The notes beneath the pieces are model-generated. The model saw nothing but the letters and a program-made list of their open reading frames with translations. It was not told where the DNA came from and searched no databases. A stretch of DNA of 56,489 bases, the filler included, from Sphacelaria rigidula (lineage: Eukaryota): the NCBI GenBank assembly GCA_964200075.2. It is 5 parts of 5 records of this genome, joined end to end, with 100 filler letters (N's around TTAATTAATTAA, not from the genome) between each part and the next. Parts side by side here need not be neighbours in the genome. Positions count along the whole stretch, not along the records: positions 33,956 to 45,172 come from CAXNAA020005223.1; positions 45,273 to 56,489 come from CAXNAA020005224.1; 3 more parts are not named here. One strand, given 5' to 3'. A program made the translations under genes and the position numbers. Below are positions 36,891 to 48,111 of the stretch, piece after piece. How positions within the stretch are numbered: the first letter of the stretch is position 1; each line of letters begins with the position of its first letter.

Positions 36891-37868
36891 TGAAGGGGAG
36901 GGGGAGGGTACCCGAGAGTGCCATGGGGATGCCCGAGAATGCATGAGAGGACGGATTGGAACCCCCCGAGACGGACTCAGACGTATGACCACAACACGGG
37001 GGTGCACCGGAATGCTAGGGTAACGCATGACGACACCATGATATCGCATGAGAATACGAGATGATGATACCGCCGCGCCCAGGTGGTGTGAATTTAAATG
37101 GTACGAGTGACACCATCAGGGTGGTGAAAACTGGCGTTCGGTTCCCGCCAGATGTGTCTGGTTTGGTTTGTTATCTTAGAAGCACTACTAATAGCGATAT
37201 AGTGTCTGATTTCCGTCGTTTGAAGCGTGAAGACGTACGTGAAGAGCAGAAAAACAGTATGTTTGGCCGAGCTTGTTGGACGACAGTCGATGCGGTACGG
37301 GGGTGCTGATCCAATCCGCGGTACTGAAATGCAAGGCGTGTGTATCGGGGTAGAGGTGGGTTGATCCCTTGAGACTAGTAAACTGCGGACTCGTCCCGAG
37401 GAAGGGAAGGAGTTAGAAGTGAGAAGCAGACAAAATAGTCCCTCGTAGGGCTCCTTCCTGACGGAAAGTCACGTCCCGTAGGTGATATCATGGAAGCTGC
37501 ATCGAAATGGTATATGTCAAGCTGAGTCACAATAACGAGCAATGCTTGGGGAGTGGCAGACTCTGGGTCTGCTTCGGCAGTCGAACTGGGGCGGCGCTCC
37601 CATGTATGGACCAATACGTGTAAGACAAACTAGCAAATCATAAACAGCTTCGCTTGAGTTTTCTCATGTCGGACTATGCAACATATCAAGGGGACATGGG
37701 ATTATTCATCGTAGATCGCCTGTGCCGATCAGGCATTTGCGCCGTTGTCAGCGCTGTAATGTTTGCTCTTGTGCGGCATCTTTTCTCGCAAAAAGATGCA
37801 AGCAGCTACGTGCAAAAGAAGCGGCACCGCATACATCCTCCCGAAGGAAGTACCAAGTGAGCACTTCT

Positions 37869-37917
<49 letters not shown>

Positions 37918-38152
37918 GCTTTCCTCCGCAGCACAGCAATGTTTGGCCAGAGCGAATGTATCTACCGTACCTTCAACATTTACGAACAGGGATTGTGCAG
38001 CATTCTTCTTCGTAGCTCATTCAGGGTTCTTCTCTTCTCCTGTGTTTCCTTCTTTCTGTGTTGTGGTAAGGCCACACTGTTTGGGGTTGTCCCGCCGGAA
38101 ATATGCCTCCCATATCTCCTCGTTGTAGCATGTGTGCGTGTTGAGGGGGGGG

Positions 38153-38192
38153 GGCGTACTCATTTGTTGCTTGCCTTAGTCGTTTGACCATT
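38153..38192 (-). mobile_element. 40-bp 5'-truncated module A with perfect 15-bp TSD
   Basis: gtgttgagggggggg at 38138-38152 and 38193-38207. Confidence 0.9.
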
Positions 38193-40155
38193 GTGTTGAG
38201 GGGGGGGAGGAGGAAATCCCATCGGCAGGCGGCTATCGCAGGGTTCACATAACACAGAAGGGCGATGGATTAGCGTTGGACGATTGCGTCCTGAACCTGC
38301 ATCGTTCGATCGCGGGCTAGACACTATCGACGGCTGTGCCGGAAATGGTGTGCGGAGAGGTAGTAAGTACTGCCGGACTTGAAATGGAAGCATGTTCTGT
38401 TTCATCCTAAACCAAATACAAACCCTAAACGTCAATCGGCAGGTGTAATGACTACCCTTTTCCGTGCGTGTTTCTCGAGCACAGGACCCGGCACGCTTCA
38501 ACCTAAGTTCATGGATGTTTTGTCGACTCTGATCTGGATTTATCCATTCGTATGCTGAGTCGGCATCATGTTTACTTAGCGGGTGACTGCCAAAATTAGC
38601 CGTCATCCCGCAGGCACCCCAAGCCAAGTTTGAGCGGGTGTGGCTGGGTTGGAAACTTGTGAGCTGTATTTGTTTTCGTGTATGGGAGGTTCTCCTGGTG
38701 AAGCTGTATACCGCATAAATAATATCGGCCTCTTGTTGATGCCAACAAGCGCTAGAAGCTTACTCCGATTTTCACCTGATGTCTCGTCTAAATAACGGCA
38801 GCTTAGTGTGCTTCAGGCTTCTGCGGTGTGGGTAGTGTATCCAGCTTTCTTCCACGCTGAGGTCGCGGGTGCAGATACTCCGTAGAGACCTTCGAGCGTA
38901 CTAACTTGTACAACGCCTCCTGAACAAACACGAGTGTTTATGGTGTTTTATCACGTATTGTGAACTCCCACATGCACGGCGTTGCTTAACGCGGCCGGAG
39001 AAATAGTCATGTTACAATAGAGAGTGGGGTGTTTGATTCCACGAAACATAAGGCTTATAGGTGTGTCAGACAACCCAACACACTCGAGGTGAGCTTGAAG
39101 TTTGGTATAAACGGCGTAAAGTTGTATGAATGAGCGTTATTTATCGGTAACAAGCGTGTTCTAACAACCTTTGCTGCTTCCAACGACGATCTCAAAGTGG
39201 AGTTTTGGTGGGGAAAGGGCCCAAAATCCCCCCCCCCCCCCCTTTCCCCTATCGTATCATGACTCGGAATGGCCTTGTGTAACACCTTCGGATTCCCCCG
39301 ACGAACGATGTCTTTTAGCCCATTAGGAACCCATACACGGTGGTGTTCAACGCGGCCGGCGGAAGGGAATGGTCGAATACCTTAGAACATCCCCCAAAAC
39401 AGACGTTGCTCAACGCGACCGAAAACGCTATGTGCAAAAACACGAAAACCCACTCTCGGGGAATGTGGTTCATGAGGTGACGCGGACCTTTCACTGCACA
39501 GCATCGTTTTGGTATTTCGTGTTGCGAAGCGTGACCTCGACTGAGCAAGTCTCACACAGCCGCGACAACGCGGGGCTCGGTCTAAGAGTAATTTCTTTGA
39601 TAATCTAGCCTGTCGTTTCCGTAAGGATCCCCAACAACCCACGGATCTTTGTGTCTTCCGATAACCTTGGTCCGCTATACAGACCACTGGTCGTAGCAAT
39701 ACCTACTTTTCGCTGTTCTCCAACCGTTTCAGTTCGCAAGCGTTTATATACGCAGTAACTCCAGGCGACTTCACAGTGAGCGAAGTTCCCGATATTTTTG
39801 TGAATGACTGCGTGAAGCACTATGAGAACTTAAAATGGATATTTTCTGACAATGGCCAGCAGATTTGTTCCGATCACTCTTGACCATTACACAAGCTCAG
39901 GGACGAACTTTTTTATACGTGTGAGAATATATCTGGCGCATGTCTGCCGGATATAGTCATGGAGAGTATCACAGACGACGATGTGCAGATGAAGGATAAC
40001 GCCAAACGAGATCGTGACTATACGAGATAGAAACAATCATGCGTAATACATATGTAAATCGCGTAGCTCGTGGTGTATCTCCTAAAAAGCCAGGTTGACA
40101 TGATAGTGCTATGGTTTGCAGCATCACCTGCAGAATATTCAGGGAAACTGATGAG

Positions 40156-40412
40156 AAGCGATGCTACGGTAGGGGTGCACAAATTTTTTTTGAGGTAAGA
40201 ACTGTTAGGAGCCCTTGATCTTATCCAAAACACGACTTATGAAAATATGTGAGAGTACGCCAGGATTCCAATTCCAATGTGCTGGGTATATCCCGCCTGA
40301 ATTTTCAAACTGGGGTGTCCTGACCCATCTTCTTGAGCATATAGAATCGTTAGGAGCCCCTGAACCAGACAAGATTTCGCGCAAACAGCGCATCCCTACC
40401 GTATTATTGCTC
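40156..40412 (-). mobile_element. ~250-bp MITE family, copy 4
   Basis: atgctacggtaggggtgcac ... ccctaccgtattattgctc. Confidence 0.8.
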
Positions 40413-40499
40413 TTAGATTCCAAGCGAAATGCTTCATACTTGCGGTAAAATCGGTCCTTATGTGCGTGACGGCCGGTCTAGAAATTAGGCTAACAATAA

Positions 40500-41170
40500 T
40501 GGCAGGCAAACAAATGGTGTTCTGCACACAAGATTGATCGTGATGATTGCAAGGGATAGAGAAGTCGCAAAAGAGACGCGGGCGTGGCGAATGACGATGG
40601 CAACAGCAGTAATAGGAACTCCGACGACGACGACAACATCAATGGCAACGACAAAAAGGACGAGAATATCGGGCATCCCCATCAGCATGCAAATGCCGTC
40701 ATCCTGGACACAACCACAGTTTCGGAGCCTGCAAGCGCTAATGTTCTGCATACAGATGCATCTTTGGCGTCGGGAGTAGATAATTCATAGTGAGGCAAAA
40801 TAGAGTTAACCTTTTTCACCGAGCCTGCGGATAGTTATAAATAAGATACGTCAAGTTCATTTCCAATGGTAGTTGATTCCGGTGCATCGACCCATTCTTC
40901 TAACAGTCAATTACTATCTGGTATTGAGCGTACCATGTCTGAATATCTTATGTCAAGTTAAACCCTTTGATGAACGTACTCACAGCCGAACAGTGCATGC
41001 GAAACGACACAGGTAGAGGTTCATTCGGACGATATTTACAGATTCAAACATCACTGATCGCTCTGTGCGCCTACCAGCCATAATCATTCCAGGTTTAGGG
41101 AAACGTTTGTTTTCCCCCTGCGACGCCCTCAGAAACGGCGCCATTACAGTTTTTTCTGCAAACTCCCATG
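40500..41170 (+). pseudogene. Ty1/Copia relic (gag end-protease)
   Basis: KWCSAHK, then MVVDSGASTH (DSG at 40875-40883), then IIPGLGKRLFS. Interrupted by stops and frameshifts. Confidence 0.7.
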
Positions 41171-44100
41171 AGGAGTCAAGTCATCTTCAAACACCGATAG
41201 ATAGTGATGACAACAAGACGCTGAAGCCTATCAGTATGACAAAACTTCATGAAAACAAATACAAACACGAAAACAATTATTCAGCACTCCCGACTTTAGT
41301 AGTGCCGGGGAAGCAAATGGGCACGGGTACAGCTCTGTCAGCTAGCACAAGAATAAAAATGGCCGGATGTTCATGAGTTAAAATCATACAAGAGAAGAAT
41401 GGTAATAGCCATCGGTTTCAATTGATTGAGCCTACGGCTTCACATCTCCGGAATGATACATCGGGAAACGTATTTGAGGGAACGAAAGTGCCCCTTCGCG
41501 TGCCTGAGTCGAAATTTGGTTGCTGGAGACGTTTCGTGAGCGAGGAAAGGGACGGTTTCATTCATGGAAAGTGTGTGTACTTCACGATTTTTATTCTGTG
41601 GGCTTTGAAGAGGGGAACGACGTCGCCGGCTGGCAGCTGCCACGCTCCACGAAACCTAGCTCCACTATCTCAGACGAGACTTGTTTGGTCAGCGCTCGAC
41701 CGTGTGGGCCACAAATGAAGAGGCAAATAACTCATAATATGTTACGAGGACGCCCTTGCTCATAGTGGAATCATATCTCGCCTCAACCACGAGGTGGTTA
41801 TGGTGGCCTCGGTAAAATGAAGGATGATCAAATATTGGAGGCAGCACCCATCCCCAGGGTACGCATCGACTGTACATAAAAACGTGCCCCGCAGCTCACG
41901 GCTGACAGTATGCCAGCTCCCATGTTAGCCACGCCGGTAGTAGCCAAGAAACTGTCAGAGGTACCTTGCTACACACTAGGCATGCCAAGAAAGTCATTGT
42001 GGCCGTGGGTTCTTTAGTGCATGGCCCTAATCGTAACCTCTACTGCTGTCCTGGCAGCATTCCGTACATGATACTTCCGATGACATCCCTAACCACCGAT
42101 TGGATCTTGGCTCAACCGTCGTTGCTCGCACGTGTGCGTATGAGAACGGTAGCGGTAACGGGAACATCGCCCTGTTTTACGACGACGTGCTCCGTAGCGC
42201 ACAGAGACGCGTCCTGTGCACGAGAACAGGGAGAAAGGATTCGATCTTTGCACTGGTCAGCTCTACAGACAAGACACGAGTATATCAGTCAAGAGTTGCA
42301 AGCCAACCCGAATTGTTTTTGGGCTGTACAGCTATCCCCGCCGTTCTTGTGCAGACCGAAGGGCTGGAAAATGGTCTGTGCGCTGGTAAGCTGATGCCAA
42401 TCTCCCGACCGATGAGGAATCGCCGAACGAAGACACACAAAGGGCACGAACAAGGGGCTTCCCCTCCGCCAATGCTCCTCCGGTGGCATCGTCATCGACA
42501 CACGTGTACACCGAATGAATGGAGTGCACCAAGCCACACGTGCCTAGCTTTCAACAAAAATATACTAGCCGAAAGTGCTTCCCTAACCCGAACTATTTTG
42601 GCGGGAATCGCAAAATTCCAATAACAGCTGAAAACTCCCCGCGATGTCAAGCCCTATTTTCTAGAAGACCCACTTCATTTGGGGAGACATGTTGTACGAT
42701 TCAAATAACGATAGAATAGAGAGCGGTGCATTGTGGCGGTTCACAGCTGTTTCATCTACAGATTCGTATATCAGAAAAAAGGAAAAAGGAATATTAGCAC
42801 CAAGGGGTTGACAACACAGAGAGGTTAATGGCACTGTCAATCAATGAGGAGGTAAAGACAACTATGTCAAGTACGAAAGGGTCTAGCACTGGAAAGCCAA
42901 ATCGCACGGTTTCGAGTACGCGGAGACAATAGTGAGGGTCTGAGAAAGAAATAATTTGTTAAAAGCGTTTGTACCTTGCGCTCACACCCACAGCTATCAC
43001 TCTCCTCTCCTTACTCTACTCTTACCAGTTCTTCTCGGCTCTGTTTCAAGAGACTGAGTGGTTTATTCTGTTCGCCAAACAAGCGCCTGTAAAGACTATC
43101 GGCTTATTTTATTTGTGCACGGTGTGAGTGAGCTTTATCACCACCGTGCACCTTCTGCGAGCTCCTGTTGTTTGAGGACGGTCGACCCAACTTCTGTCTG
43201 CGGTTCAGTTGAGTACTTGAGCCTGTATACCCTGTATACAGCGAAGTACACGCCACTTTCAACATGCAGTAGTTCTGCCGGTCATCGCCCCTGGCTCAAA
43301 ATACGGATCGTGTCGTGCCCTCAACAACAAATTATCTCGCCATGGACGTTTTTGGGGCACATTAAGCTAAAGTGCCTCCAAAATTGAAATACAACGCACG
43401 CTACCACGCGCGATCAGGGCAACCGTACGATACAAGGCGTGCGTGAGGGTTGTTTACGGTATGATCTGCAGCTGTAGATGCAGTAGGTTCGCTGGTCACC
43501 ACTCCTCACCCGATATACAGGCGTGTTTGTGTTCCCAGGAGTCGCGATATCTTATATCAGTTTGGGGGGGACATTACGCTGGAATGCCTTCGACAAGAAA
43601 AATTTGAAGCACGCCACCATGCATGATTATGACGACCGAAGGATACCAGATACATCTGTCTGTAAGTTTTCTACTGCCTCTACTGCCACGGAAAGTGCAG
43701 TACTTCCGCCCGTCATTGATATCTAGCTCAGTATGCGGACGGTTTTGTGTCCTAAACGTGTCAGGATATATCTCCATCGCTTTTTCAGGGGCACATCAAG
43801 CTAAGGTGCTTCGTCGAGTCAAGAATATACACACGCGATTACGGCGACCGTAGAATACTAAATGTGTCTGAGGTTTGCCAACATCATCTATATATCTTGC
43901 GGGTGCAGTAGTTCTGCCTGCCATCACTTCTCACCCGGTATGCAGACGTGTTTGTAATCTCAATGGCCATGATCTCTGCAAGCCTCGCTAGTGGGTACTT
44001 TATCTTCTCGCAAAGCGCCTCTGAAACCTCGAGTGTGCATAGCACCCAACAACGCACTCAATAGAGGAAAGTGTTGAATTGGTAACGAAAAAAAACGTTA

Positions 44101-45172
44101 GTTCCGAAATCTTGCAAAATGGTACTCCTCTAAGGCACCGAGGAGACTGGAGGCCCCGAACAGGTTGAAACCCCGAGCCCAGAGGTTGGTGCTTTTAGTA
44201 AATGAAATGTGGGTTGTCTTTCTATGGGCTATAGCGCTTCATGTTCGGGCCTGGAATTTGTTCTGACCGAAAAATTCAAACTGCACTGTCCGTGATTTTT
44301 CAGAACACGCAGCAGCTGCTCCTTTCGGGCCATGTTGATATGCTCAATGTGTTTTTATCCTTCGTGGTCGTTGGGGAGGTATTGAGATGTTGGAAAATTG
44401 AGAATGGTTTCCGAAAAAAAGTTGTCGGCAAGTTGCGAGAGCCAGAACTAGTTTCTTGGACGCTTTCGGGCTATTGAATGCTCGAGATATTCACCCGTTC
44501 AACGTCGGCGTAGGACGTACACCATTTTTTACAATTTTGAGCTCCATTTCTTTTTTCCATCCTCACTAAGGGTCTATCGAAATAATATTTTGGGACACGT
44601 AGGCCCCAAGATCGAAAAGTCGAGTTTTTGAAGGGAGAAGGGGGGACACCCAGCCTGCCGTCTCCTAGTTTATTGCCGAGGCGTTGGCGGATGCGGTCAG
44701 CTGCCGTGTACAGAGATCCTTGGCATAGAGGCCGCTGAGATGTGACGGACACACCGTCCCTCCCAGCTCATCACCCACCATACAACAGCTACAGTTGTGA
44801 AATCATGTTCCGTGTCGTGTGCCTCGATTACCTACCACTAGTAGTCTGGGTAAATTTGGCGAGGTGTGAGATAATGTTGCTACCCTGGCTACAGGATGTC
44901 GCTACCGTGCGCTCGTGTATTGTCCGCGGATGTGTGTGAGCGTTGCCGGCATCCGAGGTCATCGGGACAGGGTGCGCAAGGAGCAAAAGCATGTATACGA
45001 ATCTCGTAAAGCCCGCCAGATGTTTCGGCTCTTATCAGCGGTTGTTGATCAATTTCTTTTCAACAATATCAACAAAAAAATCCAGAAAATCACCAAAAAA
45101 TCACAAAAAAAAGTCATGACAATTTCGAAAAATTGTCCTTCGGGAGGGGGGGGGGGGGGGCGGGGGGCCTCC

Positions 45173-45272
45173 NNNNNNNNNNNNNNNNNNNNNNNNNNNN
45201 NNNNNNNNNNNNNNNNTTAATTAATTAANNNNNNNNNNNNNNNNNNNNNNNNNNNNNNNNNNNNNNNNNNNN
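45173..45272. other. Artificial contig linker
   Basis: N44-TTAATTAATTAA-N44. Confidence 0.99.
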
Positions 45273-45717
45273 GGCAACCCTGTTATATATAGAATATCAC
45301 AAGAATTCCATACCGGTTGGTAATCCCGAAGTCAGGTTACACCGTAAGTCCAGCATGTATATTGCACAAGATATTACACATCATCCGGTAGCAGCACATG
45401 ATTACTCGTCGTACGCCGCCCTTTCCAGCATGGCGGCCGTACCACTGCAGCAGCTTGGCGGGAGTACCGAGTCGGTGACCGCCGGTCTTACCAAGGCTAG
45501 CACACTCAATACCCATTGTCCAGCGATCATCGCGACTCTAAAGTCATTACCCAGCCGCCGAATTTGCTCCCCGACGGCCACAAGTACGACTGACCCACCA
45601 ATACTCGTCGGGTTTAGGCTGCTCATGTCGAGGAGAACCCTGGGTGATGCGATTGATCGTTGAATTCCGTGTACTTGGCACAGCTGATGCGGTTATTTCG
45701 TCATTTTCGACTCCTTT

Positions 45718-48045
45718 GGGGCGGGGGGGGGGGAGGTTCGCATTCGTTGCTTGTCTTAGCCGTTTGACCATTGACCGCGCATCGCTTTCGAGATGAAGCA
45801 CCGTCCCTACTACTAATAGAGACAACTCCAACATTCCGGCGCTCATCACGTTTCTTTCCACAGCCCATTACGTTTCTTCCTTACTTTACACAAGAAAGCT
45901 TTCACATATCTCATCTCCGTCCTGTTTCGCCGTCTCTGGCCACAACCTACCTCCTGGTATAGTCATCGTTTTCTCCCTACTGCCAAATGCATCGAACGAT
46001 TACATGCTATCGTCGTTCGCGTCCCGCTCTTCCCCCTTCAGCACGTCCCGTTCCTCTTTGGAAAGTTCACATCACACCATTATATGACTTCTGCTCTTCA
46101 TTCTTTCGCCACAGAGGCAGTTCTATCCATTTACTTCCTCGTCCTTTCGACGACTGGTTCATCTTTTTCTCCTTTCTGGCAGGTCCAGGTCGCCCACCCG
46201 AAATCGCAGCTTCATATTTTTCGCGGCATCCATTGAGTCGTGCAAATGTGCTTCCATCCTTATCCCTTCCCTCAACCACCCGTATATCTCCAGGTGTTCT
46301 TCCTCGTCTACTTTGCGTGTAAGCGTTCTTTTCCCCTTATTTCTATCATGTCTCTTACTTTTGCCTTGTACCCCGCGCCTTCACCTATGGGCAGCATTTC
46401 ATCTTGGGTTCCGCCTATCTCCTTCCATATTTCTCGACTTCTTTATTCCACCTTATTCCAGCTTGCCCTTTCGTAAGCTTCTTCCATACAGCCTAATCAA
46501 CTATAGCTGTCAATCTCTTTCTCTGCATCTGCTTTACGCTATGTTACCATCGCAATTTCCTCATGTCTCTGTTTGGTTTTAGTGAGTACCTCCCCAACTC
46601 TGCTCTCAAAGCTGTATTACGCGTTGTTTTCGAGCATCCAAGTGTCCTCTTAGCTGGTGCCATCTGTACTGTTTCCAACCTCTCCACCAACTTCACGTTC
46701 CTCTCCCATACTTCCCTTGCATATTCCAGCTTTGGTACGGCCACGTTTATGAGGATACATCTCTCAATCCTTGTCTCTAAGTACGGGTCTCTGAGAATTA
46801 CATCCGTTCCGCCTACCTGTGCCTGACCCTTTTTTGTTACTTTGTTTATGTGTGCATCACAATATCAGTTTCTTGAGATCTCTATGCCAAGGTATGTGTA
46901 CTGGTCTACGATCGGCAGTTTCTCGTTTCCCCACTTCCATTTGAACTCTACCGGATCTTGCTTATCTTCGATACACACGAGTACCGCGCATTTGTTGACG
47001 TTCGCTGCCACTCTCCATTTCCTCGTGTGTTATAGCGCCTTGTCTATCTGTGTCTGCAACCCCTCTGGTATTGCTGAAATCCCCACAAAATCATCCGCAA
47101 GCATCAATCCTGATACCATATCTTCACCAACCCTGACCCCTTGCTTTGCTGCTTCTATTGCTATTGTCGAGTAATTGATGAATATCTTGATCAAAGTGGG
47201 TGATAACGTACATCCTTGTGCAACTCCCTGTAAGATATCGAAATGTTTCGATATTTCCCCGTCTAGCATCATGGTGTTTTTGGCACATTATGTAATCTTC
47301 TTCACCATTCTCCACATCTTTCCTCTGATCCCCCAGCTTCCCCCAACTGTTTCCACAACCCATTTCTCCATACTGTGTCATGAGCCTTTCGCACATCCAG
47401 AAGAAAACAATACGTTGTCCGTCCGGTGTCTCCTACCCTGAATAACCTTATTTTGTGCGTACACATAGTCTGCGCAACTACGCTTTGGTCTAAATCCTGC
47501 TTGTCCCTCGCTGATTAATTCATCCGTTTCTAGCATCGCTCCTACTCTATCGTTCAGAGTCTTACAGAATGTTTCTCTACCGTGCTCAGTAGGGTCATCC
47601 CTCTCAAATTCCCTGGGTCCGCTTTGTCTCCTTTTTTGAAGACGTTGACTACTACTCCTTCTCTCCACCTCTTGGGTGTGTACTCGTTTCCCAAATCAAG
47701 CTGTACAGCATAACCATAGGGGTAATCATTTCTTCCCCCCCGTACTCGAGAAATCTCTTCGTTACTCCGTTTGCCCCTGCCGCCTTGCTGTTCTTGAGTT
47801 TAGTTACGCACTCCTTCACTTCATCTCTAGTACACTCCTTGGGGGGGTGGCCCTGGTGCCGTGACATTCCGCTGTGGGGCCCCTTGGTCTAATAACGTCG
47901 ATATCGATATTTGTTTCGATACGCGGAAAATGACCCGATACGTATCGATACTTGATACTGAAAGTCGATACGATACGATACGATTTGGTTGTTTCCGTTG
48001 GGGCGCAGCTTGCAAACCCCCACGGTAGTACACTGACGACCTAGC
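45718..48045 (-). mobile_element. 5'-truncated, decayed LINE (RT + C-terminal Cys/His motif) ending in module A and a poly(C) tail
   Basis: Broken frames give KLKNSKAAG, EGQAGFRPKRSC, GVAQGCTLSPTL, LMLADDFVG, YTYLGIEIS, PKLEY, KLRFRVGDLDLPERRK, CLCG..SHIM..C and then ERRNVGVVSISSRDGASSRKRCAVNGQTAKTSNE. The last 20 codons are module A. The C-run is at 45718-45733. Confidence 0.93.
47837..48025. mobile_element. 189-bp MITE with 9-bp TSD inserted in the LINE
   Basis: TSD tagtacact at 47828-47836 and 48026-48034. Ends ccttggggg / cccccacgg. A 9-bp TSD suggests Mutator-type mobilisation. Confidence 0.8.
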
Positions 48046-48111
48046 AACCTAACCCGGAGTGGGTGCACGCCTGAGTGTATGAAGCTACAGCAGCTCAAGT
48101 GTGTGATTGGT

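Noticed and set aside
41960-42215. Possible upstream BCAT exon or other exon
   Set aside because: It is on a different contig, the plausible minus-strand frames contain stops, and there are no BCAT motifs.
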